From Fimicolochytrium jonesii (lineage: Eukaryota), in contig NW_026515671.1 in the NCBI RefSeq assembly GCF_025526975.1, positions 1,550,001-1,614,000 on the forward strand: a stretch of DNA of 64,000 nucleotides, given 5' to 3'. Positions 49,549 through 61,361 of the stretch are shown here, one piece after another. A model generated the notes under the pieces. The model ran no database searches and had not been told where the DNA came from. It worked only from the letters and a program-made list of their open reading frames with translations. Every line of letters starts with the position of its first letter. The stretch's first letter is position 1. The translations under genes and the position numbers were made by a program.

Positions 49549-52136
49549 TACGGCTGTTTCATTTTTGGATATACTTATTGTCAACCGTTCACGCAATGCC
49601 ACAAACTTCTGCCTCGCATCGTTGTCAGGAGGGGTTTTTTTGTGAAGATTCCTTGATTTCATTTCCAGCAAACATCATCTCTATACAAAGGTTCGGTAGG
49701 CCACCAAAGCATTCGTGGAACTCAATCACTTCTTGAAAGGCCACCCTATGAAACCGAGATGTTGGCCTTGCAAACATCGTTGGTTGAGAATTCAGAAAAG
49801 AGCACTCACAATCGGGGATAGGCTCGATCCACTCCCGTCCTTCCTTGGCTAACTGTTCCTTCCACATCTTTTGCGAGGCTGGGTCCTGTCGACGGGAACA
49901 ATAAATCACAGTCAGGTTATACAAGACAAGGTGCTAGATTACGGGATAACGAAGAACTTACGTGAAACTCCCTGGCCCATAGCATGGATGGGATCCAGCG
50001 ATCGGGGTATCTATGCCTAACCTGTAATTTGCGGTGCTCAGAATCTGCGGCATGACTTTCCCCGACTTCCACAGCAACCGCGCCCCAATCGGTTCATCGA
50101 ATCTCCTCTCTCCGCGAAATCTCCTCTCTCCGCGACCGTTTTCGAGACTACTGAACTCGTCGATTGTAACCGTCATTCTTCGGACGCTGCACCTCCCACA
50201 CCGCCACTTCCCACACCACCGATTCGCACGCGGTCTGCTATCGCGGACTATCCTTCAACTCCTCCAGTTTTGATCACTTTCCAAGCCCAGATATTCACCT
50301 CATGCTTTGCCGAGAAGTTGAATGCCAGAGCGGTAAGACCAAGGATGCCGACTCCCGTTATGATGGTATTTGTGGCGGCATTCTTTGGTGCCGGCCACCA
50401 ACCACCTATCGATTACGACGGTTGTCAGCATGATTTCGACCCGCCAAAAAGCGAAAGTCCGCCACCGCTCGGCAAACTGATGACAAGGCACTGATGTGAG
50501 CACTCACCATAGTATGACCAGACCCACTTGGGGTATGGGTATTTTCCTCCTCCTCCCATATTTGTGCTTTGTGGCGGGATTGTGGGTTGGAGAAGTAAAC
50601 GGGTTCGTCATGGAAGCAAGTATGGATGGACAAGGCATTTAAATCTGCGTGTCGGTCACGTGCTGTTCAGAGCCGTTCTTGCTGTCGAACGAGCTCACAT
50701 TTCACATCAACTTCAAGGACAACTCGAAGTTTACAACTGTCCGATCTTTTGCAGCTCCACGGGCTTCATTTACTCTCGCCCGCACCATGTGGGGAAATCA
50801 TGGGCCAACCGGCTCTTTGATGAAGGTACGGGATTGACGACGACTGCGAACGGAAGTTGCGCTTTATTGATGTTTCCCTTCAGCATCAGCGTTACCGTTT
50901 CCGCTTCCTTTGCCGCAGAGCGTCCTACAACCATCCATCAGTACTGTAAATCACTGAATGCATCTGCATGGACCCCGCCGGTAGCCCCGCTGCACACGCC
51001 TCGAGGAAGATTTTGGGGTCCGCCAATCACAACATCGAGCGACCGGATCTGTTCGCGCTAATCGGAAATCGGATCTCGCTGTTCGGGTGGAGGATGGTCT
51101 CGTGCCCACGGTCGCGCTAGCGCTAGCTCCTGCAGAAGTGCCGAGGGAGCTACCGTTAGCGTGACCGTGGGGGGAACGGGCACGGTTGTTGTTTGCGGGA
51201 CGATTGATGCTGGTTGGAGGGGCGGGTGCGAAGCAATCTAGCTGCTGTAAAACTGCTCGGAAAATGGTGGTCACAATGCTGTACTCGAACCGGCTGCACA
51301 GGGCTCCGTGCAGTCGTTCTTCATGCGCTGTTCTTTCGAATGTGGCCGGACCCTCGTCGAAGAAACCTCCGAATGGTTAAAGTTTGGTTGCAGATGATGT
51401 TCTCTATTGCCGTTTCATCGCTGTAAAGCAAGATCCCCTCGCTCGTCTCCTTTGAACCCTTCGACCACACAGTCCAAATCCATCTTCTCCTTCTCCTCCC
51501 TCCTGCACTGCCGGGTGAATCGCTGGCACATGCAGGTGAACTGCCAGCCGGACCAAGTGAGATCGAGCGGCTGTGGCTGCGTCCGCCTGCAAGTGACCGC
51601 CGGCAGGTAAACCACCGGCAGGTGCGCACTTGTGTATTGTAGTGCAAGAGCTTGTTCGCTCAAGAGAGCTTCTGCATACCTCTGTGCAAAGGCTTGCTCT
51701 ACCCCGTGCATACCGTGCAAAGGCTTGCTCTGTGCAAAGGCTTGTCGGGAGACCGAAACTCGTCCGAGTCGTCGAGGACTCCGGGGCTTCGGAACCTTCT
51801 CCCTGCTCCTTTTGGGTGGTCGTGAGGCAACCTGTGTCCTGTATGTATGAGGGAGTGCGACACTGGCGAAAGGAAGACGGACGCGTCCTCTCGCTGATGA
51901 CACATGGGCGGCGACGGGCAAGGCGGAGGGGTGCTTTTGCCGCGGTAGCATCCGACCTCCTCTACTCTGTACTCCAACACTCGCAAACCACTCCTCAAGC
52001 TGAGCAGTGGAGACTCCACCATAGCACTCCTTAAAGACGGCCCCCACTTCCACGCCCCCCTCCGTCTACGCTCCTCCGCTCAAAGCCCTCCACAAGACCT
52101 TACGTCTCTGTTAATTCACAAAAACCGTAAAGCATC

Positions 52137-53676
52137 ATGTCAGCTCCAGACCTCTCCCTCCCGGCCCTCTTCAGCGTGAAAGGCAAGGTCGCCGTCGTGA
52201 CCGGTGGTGGCACAGGTATCGGGAAGAGTGAGTATTGGGAAATGCCCTCGTCGTTATTGCTGGGGTGCACTCGAAAGCTCACGGCATTTCTCGTCTCCCT
52301 CATGCAGTGATCGCTGCGGCGCTCGTCCAGAACGGCGCCAAAGGTAAAGCATACCCCTCACCCTCACCACTCCCTTCATATTTCGCCTCGCTATCCCCAC
52401 CCATTCTCTCCAAACCCTAAAGGCACCCTTCTCCCCACACAGTCTACATAGCATCCCGCAAAAAAGCCGTAGTCGACGAAACAGCCGCCGAACTCACCCG
52501 TATGGGGCCAGGCACCTGCATCGCTCTCCAAGCGGACCTAGGCACCAAAGCTCAGTCCAAAGCACTCGCGGCTCAGATTGCTGAGAAGGAAAAGAATGGG
52601 ATCCATGTGTTGGTTAATAATGCGGGCATGGCGTGGGGTTCGCCCTTGCAAGACTTTGATGAAATCAATGGGTGGGATCGGTTGATGGCGCTGAATGTTA
52701 AGAGTTTGTTTTATACCACAACTGAGTGAGTAAATCTCGAGCGAATGCCAGGAGAATGCGAGCGACAGCGAGCCCCATTGCGCCGGAGGCGCAAGAACGC
52801 TTGAGGACTGGGCCGAAGGCGCAAGAATGCTTGAGGATGGCGAGAGTCAGTGAGCCGAGGTCGTTCATCTCCTGCCCAACATCCTCGTCGCGAGCGTAGC
52901 GAGCAGGAATGTCGGTCCATCCATTCATCGTTCCTCACACTCGCGACACAACGCAATCGTCACCTCTTCCTAATCCACTTTCCCACATTCCCCAGACTCC
53001 TGCCGCTCCTGGAAGCCGGCTCCCGCGGCTCCCTGGACCCGTCGCGCGTGATCAACATCTCGTCCGTGGCTGGATCTGCGTGTACCGCGGAGGATCCGTT
53101 GTCCGGGGATGGGAAGGGGACCTATTCTTGTGAGTTGCCCCTTTTCATTTCGTTGGGTTTTCTATATGGAGTGTGTGTGCTGATGGAGATGTGAATGCCG
53201 GGGTTGTGATCAGATGCGACGTCGAAAGCCGCCGTAAACCACCTCACCCGCGTCCTCGCGTTGCCTCTTGCTCGGTAAGCCACCCCCCACGCCTCCACCC
53301 TCCCCCTCACATTTCATCTAACAAATTTTGATTCTGATGTCCCAGCCACAAAATAACAATAAACGCAATAGCCCCCGGCGTCTTCCCCTCCCGCATGACA
53401 AAGTTCGGCATCGAGCATGGGAAAGATCTCCTCGAAGGCGTGCAACCCCTCGGTAAAATCATCCGTCGCCCCTCCCATCCCATCCCCATCACCCCTCGTT
53501 CCCATGATATGTGACTGATCGATCTATGCATCTTTTTAGGGAGGATTGGGACAACGGAAGATATGGCCGGTCTCGCGTTGTTTTTGTGCAGCAGGGCGTC
53601 GGCGCATATCACCGGCGCAGTGATTCCGATCGATGGTGGGGCTACTTTGAGTGTTGTTGGGTTGTCGAAGTTGTAG
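52137..53676 (+). CDS. Short-chain dehydrogenase/reductase (RhlG-like), multi-exon
   Basis: LFSVKGKVAVVTGGGTGIG, LVNNAG, RVINISSVAG, Y-ATSKAAVNHL, NAIAPGVFPSRM, HITGAVIPIDGG. Confidence 0.92.
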
Positions 53677-54012
53677 GGAGTTGGTTGAGGAGCGGGGAAC
53701 GTTATGTGGGGCGTAGAAGAGCATATGTGAAGATCAGACAGTTTGGAGGCTGGTATGATTGCATCTATATCTAGACCGCTGAAATCGGATATAGAGTCCT
53801 CTATGTCTAGTGTAGTGCGTAGGCGGAGGACGGAGCGCGGGTTGAGACCGATAGCAGCGGGGTCTGAGGAATTCTGGGATGGTTCCTATATATGTCTGCA
53901 ACAATCAACGACCTCGTGCACTGAAGATTCCCAAGAAGACCTGCCGTTTGAAGCTCCTTAATCTCACGTGTGACGCGAGATGTCATCCCGCCATGCAAGT
54001 TGGAACCTCCCA

Positions 54013-55426
54013 TCACGCCTTCGGTGTCAACCACCCCCTAAAACTCTCATAAACCCAAAACTGCACCACATGCGTCGGCCCCATCCACGCCACCCTCGCC
54101 CCAACCCCCCTCCAAAAGCCCCTCCACCCCTCCCTCCTCCACAACCCCTTCACAATGGCCCAAAACGTCTCCCTCCTCCCTTCATCCACCTGATACGCCA
54201 CCTTCGGCACCTCCAACGGGTTCGTCACCGCGGCAGCTATACTCCCCGCCACACCGGAGCAGAGGATGATGGCCCACCCGGAGAGTTGGGGGATAAGCGA
54301 GGGGGTGTTGTGGGAAGCGAGGAGTTTGAGTTGTTCGTAGAGGATGAAGTAGAGGATGGAGTAGGGGAGGTAGACGAGGATGCCGAGCCAGAAGCCGACG
54401 AAGAAGCCGGGGAGGCCTTGGCGGGCGTACAGGGAGAGGATGAGGGTGAATGTTGATGGTGCTGTGGGACCTGTGGTTGGGGACTGGGGGATTGGGGAGT
54501 CGAAGTCGTCGGTTAGAGTGTGAAGGGGGATATCGGCGTCGTCGTCGATGTTGGAGAGGTTTTCCATGCTAGGGTGGGCGTTTAGCTTTGTAGGCATGTG
54601 GCCGCTGCCTACTTGGGCTTGCTGCCTGCTCTTGATCACTTCCTGCGGAGGATGAAAAGGGTGCGGTGGGTGAGTAGGGCCCAACAGAAACGACGCCGCC
54701 CGTCTTCATCGGTCGACCTCCTCACCATTGGACACCAAAAGACATTGCTGAGCAACTCCGCAAGCGCTCCAGCCAGCAGATGGATAATGCTACTAGTGGC
54801 AGGATCGCCGACGAACCCAAGATGCGTCTTTGTCCATTCGTACGTGGACAGGTATGTTATGATCGCTGGAACGGCGAAGATCAACCCGGTGCTGAAGCCT
54901 GCGTCCACATCACAGATGAGCGTGGAAAACAAAAACAAACAGTTCGATTGGGGGATGAGAGGTCCCTTCTCGCTCTTACCCTTATACAGCGACCCTATCC
55001 CTTCGTTCCGGACTATGAACCAGAACCCGCCCCAGGCTGACAACCCGTACAGACCCGTCGCGTCGCTGTGCGCATGTCGGGTGGATGTCGAGCTATGTGG
55101 CGGCGCTATTGCTGTCTGCAGTCGGACCTTTTGTCGTGCGCGAGACAAGGTAACTTCCAATCAACTCCCGTTCCCATCCCAATATCCTCGTGGCATAAAT
55201 CCGGGCTGTACCTTCAAAGTCTATGTGAAGTGCGGCCGGTGAGCGCACTTGAAGAGGGTCACGCTTTAGAGATCCACTTCTGAATTCAAAGGTGCCCCCC
55301 GCAAGGAAGGGACGGATAGTGGTAACTTACGTCCAGAGGATGTGTGCTGCCACGGGCTATGACAGCGGCGATGGCAGAGGCTACTATTGTGACCCAGAAG
55401 GGGGTGCTGGCCGTTCCTTCGGACAT
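54013..55426 (-). CDS. Mitochondrial carrier (SLC25) family protein, multi-exon
   Basis: Three Px[D/E]xxK motifs (HPLD, CPMEVIKSRQQ, NPLEVPKVAYQ), EGIGSLYKG, EGWRGFWRG. Confidence 0.9.
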
Positions 55427-56971
55427 CTTTTTTTGGGTTTGCGAGGAGGGCGCCTTTTTGGATTCTGGCGGAGAGATGCGGTTCTTAAGTTAGCCGTGCG
55501 CCCGTCCTGGTATTTTGTCGCCTTGGGGACCAGGACGAGCTCACGAGTGTTGTGACTTGGCCGTGGGGATGTCGAACGCGACGTGAATGGGAATCGCAGA
55601 CGAAGGGCCTCAACGGGATACGAGGATGGATAACGTCAACAAGTACATTTATTCAACTGGGCGACATGTATAGAATATTGCAAGAAGACTTCATCGTCAA
55701 GTGGACAGATGGGAATAGGCAGCGAAGCAAGGAAAACAAAAACACATCTGCAGATCATAGCCTCGTCAACGGGACAACCCCGCGAAAGCAAATCAAGCGT
55801 CCCTGCCATCAAATACGTAGGTAGGAGCAAGCACCGCCAGGTTCGTGAACTCGATGTGAAGCCAGTGCATCTGAGCACTGTGGATTGGCGCGGTGCTCAA
55901 ACATATCTCCGCTGAACTACGTAAAGCCCGAGACAACATCACTGCTGCAGCGTATTTCGCGCTTTACCGAGTCCCCAAATATGGTGCTTCCTCGGACGTT
56001 TTAGCACGGAAGCTATGCAGGCAGACTTCGGGCGAACGAAATCAAGCATGCTACCCACACCCAAAAAGACCGGTCCCGTTGTGGATAGCATGCTTGATTT
56101 CTTTCGCATGATTCGCGGAGCTTGGTACACAGGCTTGTCTCGAGGAACGTATGCGGAAGGTAAGTACTTCAAGCGCCAACTGACTGCGGAAGAGCAAAAC
56201 GATTGAGCTCATCAAATCGTGGTAGATTGTTGTGGATTACACGATTACACGCGGATCTGGGAACATCGTATCGAAACAGCGGAAAAGAGACTCTTGATCT
56301 CCTTTGCGTCGTCGTCGTCCATCGCCGCAAAATGTTCCCGTTCGTGACGCCAAGGAAGTCATCTATCCCCCTTCCGCCAAGCAGCAATACTTCCATGTGT
56401 CTCATTCGGGCCCGTTGGTCAGATTGATCGTGCATTTTGCAAAGAGTTGATGTGCTCTCGGCTGGGACCTGCAAGCGCCTGGCGACGAGGGTGATTCCGG
56501 TGAAACGGAACCAGTAAAGGCGATGGGTAACATAGCCGGAGGCGAATTTTTGCCCTTAGCATCAGAGGGAGGCTCGTCGAAGAGATGGAAAACCAGAAAG
56601 TACTGGGACGCCGGTCACGTGTCGTTTTATGAGTTTATTCGATCCCTTCTCTACATGTACCCTTCGTTCAGACATTCAACCCAGGTGTGCTTTCAAGTCG
56701 GATAACGCCTCTTCCTGGACGAGAAACACAGCAGGAAGGAAGGTTGCGTTGCAAGCTGAACGGGCTGCGTATCTGGAGCTTAGTTGTGAGGGTATACGAG
56801 CGAAGGAGCGCCACCAGATGTCGAGCTAACGACCTCCAAGATCACTTTGCCGCTACGACCCGAGAGGTGACATAAGTGGGGCCTTATAGTAGGAACGATA
56901 TTTTGACCGGAGAGGAGCTGGTAGAACAGAACGGTTCCCCGGAGAGGACGGGCCAGTAGTGAGAACTAGCC

Positions 56972-59900
56972 ATGTCGCGGCGAGAGTCGGTGGCCAATCC
57001 CGGCCCACTACGAAGGGAGTCCGGAATGCTGCCATCCAGGCGAGACTCGTCCTTCCCAGCGTTACCTTCCCACAGAAACTCGTTTGCTCTCAACTCCATG
57101 CTTCCACAACGACAAACATCAAGCACGTCGGTCATAACTGGCCTGAGGCGGGCCTCAGAGCCTTCAATTCTCGCGACCATGGAGCCAGACGCCCTGTTTC
57201 AACAGCATTCGGTGGTGGAGGTTCGAACGATCTTGTCGCGGACCACTGCAGACATCGAGCGGAAGAAGCAGGATCTTCGCGTGATGGTTGGAGAGCGCTA
57301 TCGAGATCTCATTGATGCTGCCGATGCCATCAGAACTATGCACGAATCAGCTGCATCGGTCAGCGAAACGTTGCTTGATGTGCAACGGGCCTGCGATTCC
57401 AACGCGTGGAGGAAGGAAGAGGCGACGAAGCATCAGAGGGACAGAAAGCTCAGCACCGGTGAGATGTGCGGCCATGATGCCTGTCGCGCAATGTTTTCTC
57501 GTTCACATCGACGCCTATGGCTGATGCAATTGAATTTACGACCCACAGAGCAAAGGAAAAAGGTCATGTACGGCTTAGCCGCCCAGATCAAGATCCTCGC
57601 GGACACACCAGAGCAGATATGGCATGCTATGGAGTGCCATTCTTTCCTGAAAGCGAGTCGTCTCTATCTCGTATCCCAGGAAGTGTACGAGAACTTGCAG
57701 ACAGTTCCAGAATCTTGGTCAATTAAGCCGTCGGTTGGTACCCTGACTGGTGGAGTTGTTGATGAGATGAGGATAGCCAGATCGTTGACGCTGTTCTACC
57801 ATGGATTCCATAGTCCTCATTTCCGGTCATCAAGCGGCAATGGAACGCCGTACAGCACTTTCAACCACAGATTGTTGAAAGATCCACGCGAAACCTTCTT
57901 TCGACTTCCGAGGCGCATCAGGTATCAAGAGCATTGAGGCCTTGTCATAATAATGGAGTGGAGAGCTGACTCCTTTTCTAGAAAGTCGCGGATACCCTAG
58001 CGGCCATCATCCTCCTAACGAGCATCTCGCAAGAAGACGCACTCCTGAAGTTCCTGTCGATGCGCAAGATCGCCGTCATCGACGTAATGCGCAACCCACC
58101 ATCCGACCCAAATTCTCTAGCCGCACATATCCGCCAGGTGCTGGAACTGCTTCGAAAGACTCTGGAGGACGTCATGTCCATCTTCCTCCCCGCGTCGCCA
58201 TCGGATCCGTCACGTTTGACGGCGATCTTGACTTCCCTCGTCATGACATCCGACTCGCACCCGCAAAATGCGGAAGGAGCGACGCATGTACCGTCGGCAC
58301 CTACATCCGAAGCCACTCCCTCAATTCTCAATCTCTACTCCACGAAAACAAACCTGCACATAATATACCGGCATCTCCCACCCGCGATCCAATGCCACCG
58401 CCCGAAACTAAAAGTACACCCTTCCTCAGCGAGCCGGGAAGTTATCCGCGGCAACGTCGACACGTGGCTGCATGAGATTGGACAGACGGTCCGGGAACAG
58501 CTGAAACACTGCCTGGAACGTGTCGAGAAGGGGGCTGCCCTCGCTGCGGTTTGGAAGGAGGTTCTGGAGTTTGCGGTTCAGATGGAGCGAGGCACGGATG
58601 GTTCATCGAATGCGTCCTTGACGAATTCGGCTGGGGTTGTTGCTGAGCCATGGGAGAAGGTGAATGGCGACATCCCATCATTAGTAGCGTTGCGGTCCAA
58701 AGTGCGCACCCGATTAACGATCACACACTTTTCGTAGGTGTGCCGCGAGCTACTTGCGAAGCCATACTCCCTCTGGACGAATCTCGTGCGCGAGACGTTC
58801 TATGCATGCGCGGCGTCTGTAATCCAGCATTCTCTGGAAACGTTGGCGAATCAACCCCAGCAGCTCCTCAAAGGGCAGTTGGACTCTCTCGCTCTGCTTA
58901 ACCAGCCAGGTACGCCTTCCCTTTACTCTCTGCACCCCCGCATCTGTGATCTCACCAACACCCCACGTCCCTCTAGACCGCAACATCGGCGACTACATCT
59001 GGGGCACCGAAAACCAGTCCGCCGGCACGATCGACCTCGACAACAGCGGCACGGTCGTGTACCGCGCCGAGACCCCCGCGACCGCCAAACTATGCAACGC
59101 GCTCGAACGCGTCATGAGGGAGGTGAAAGACGATACCGCACCGTTGCTTGGGAATGCGTTGCCGGTCGCGGTTGATGAGGCGGATTATTATCGTTCGAGG
59201 ATGTAAGGAAAACGGGACTGGTATTGGGATGTGGTCCGTGTGAACTGATTGATGCGGGCGCTGCTCTTTCAGGGATAAGACCGCGTTGGTGGCAACATTT
59301 CGGAAGATTTTTGGACAGACGATGTTGAGGTATCGGGATGGACTATTGGCGCTGTTGCATCAGGCTGAAGCGGATGCGAAGGCGGTCAGTGAGGATTCGG
59401 TTAAACAAGGTATGTCCCCAGCAATAACACATACATCAAGCGGTTTGCGCGGTTTTTGGTTGATGTTGATGTTATAGCGGAAGCAATCGACACCTGCCTC
59501 TTTATCGGTCGCGTAGGCCGCAGCGTTGCGTTGCGATTACGGCGGCTGGAGAGCGTCTTGGAACACGACTCCCGCAAGATCTCTTCCTCTGTTCACATGG
59601 ACTCTTCTGATTCGTCCGGTAAGTTCTTGTGTACTTTTGAAACCCCCTGTTTGGATGTCGTTGAGTGTTGACATCCCTATGACCCAATAGCGCTCGAGCA
59701 TAAAATGCTGGACGTGTATACCGAGGCACATACGGTGTGGATGAATCTGATCGCTGAGCGGTTGGATGCGACACTTCTGCAGAAGCTGAAGGGTGTTGAT
59801 TGGCGGAACGGGGAGGTGGCTGATGGGCGGGAAGGTTCGTCGCATCGCGTGGGTTACACGAACAGCATACGAAGGTGGTGGCTGATGGAGATTCTGTTTC

Positions 59901-61167
59901 GACAGGACAACCGGGTGCTAGCCCTGTTCCGGTGCAACCATCGTCGTACGTCGCGGAAGTGACCTTCGATCTTTGTCAGGAATGGAATCGGATTGCGGGG
60001 TTTACGCTTGAGAAGGTACAACCCGAAATCGCCCTACACCCTTCCTATGCGGCATGCCGCTGTTGCTCACTGCCTTCAACTTTTGCGAATCGCAGGCTAG
60101 CCTCCAAAGCCTTATGACGGCTCTGAACGCGAGAATACTAGCTCTCTACGGGAAGATTCTGAATCCTCCCACGTCCGAATCGGTCGATGACCGGATACCA
60201 GAAGGGAAAGCCCTCCTTCAGGTTGCGTTTGACCTCCTGTATTTCGCAACCCTGTTCCAACCGTCTCCCGATCAGACAAAAACCGATGAGCTTCGAAAGC
60301 TTCTTGGGATTTGCTTACGCGAGGTGGGTAGTACATTTGGGCCGTTGAGCGTTTACTCCGTGATGATTGACCCCGGCTAACCCCCTATAATAGATACACC
60401 CCACCAGCCGCGCCGAGACAGAGTCCACCCTTACCCAAAACGTCCAATCCTACTGGACCAAAACCTCAACCCTCTTCGGCGCCTTCCTTATCTCCCACAA
60501 ATCCACACCGCTCACCCAATCCGCACCGAAGCGACCACCACTGGCATCTATGCCCACAACCGACTCGATCCTCTCATCCTCATCGGCACTCAGTGCGGAC
60601 TCGTATAACGTCATACCCCTATCGGACGTTGCACCCCCGCGATTCTCTTTACTTCCTGTTCCCGCTCACCTTCACAAGAAATATAGCACAGCCGCAGTCA
60701 CACCACTTACCAAACCGTCACAAACCACCCCAACAGCACCATCCACATCCCACCCACAAACAAGCCCCACCCGCCGCGTCTCTCTAATCCCAGACACCAA
60801 ACCCGTCCCCCCGCTCCCCGCTCGACCCGTCATCAACGCACCCGGGACACGCCCTCACCAACAACATACAAAGCTCCACCTTGAACGACCCCTCCCGCCC
60901 GTCCCGCAATCGCGTCCTGCGGCAGAGTCCCCTGATCCGCGAACAACGCGACAACAGTTGTTTGGGAATGCGTCGAATAGATCCAATGATTCGACTCCGA
61001 CGTCACCCTCCCGAGCGAATACGGGCGTGTTGGGGCTCGTTGGGCCCGGGAGTAAGACTTTGGAGGTGTTGACTTCGGGCGCTGGCAGGGTTTTGAGTGG
61101 GGTATGGGATTATACGGCGCAGGTTGGGTCGCCGGCGTTGGGGAGGAAGGGTAGGGGCGGGGGATGA
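56972..61167 (+). CDS. COG1: Conserved oligomeric Golgi complex subunit 1 (Vps51/Vps67 domain), multi-exon
   Basis: DALFQQHSVVEVRTI..DIERKKQDLRVMVGERYRDLIDAADAIRTM, LAAQIKILADTPEQIW, LLQVAFDLLY. Confidence 0.85.
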
Positions 61168-61361
61168 GAGAAAGGCGACAGGCATAGGCCGGATGGCAGA
61201 GTGCGCTATTGCGGGGTTGCTTTTGGATTCTACCCTGTTCGATGCCTGATGCGGTGACAGACCAATGAGCCATGAGCTTGTTCTATTCGAAGATAGTGCT
61301 CTTGTAATATATTTCGTGCTCTATATTCTACTCTGTACATCTCTCAATCTGAATCCCATCA

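Noticed and set aside
49600..51600. ORFs between Tfc4 and SDR, plus an 18-bp tandem duplication at 50100-50135
   Set aside because: No family recognised; the duplication looks like simple slippage.
51997..52005. AAGCTGAG outside the island as a tenth copy
   Set aside because: No T-tract, A-tract or partner CTCAGCTT at the 71-bp spacing; a chance 8-mer.
55550..56900. Protein-like fragments between the carrier gene and COG1
   Set aside because: Possibly a degraded gene or transposon, but I found no identifiable motif or termini.
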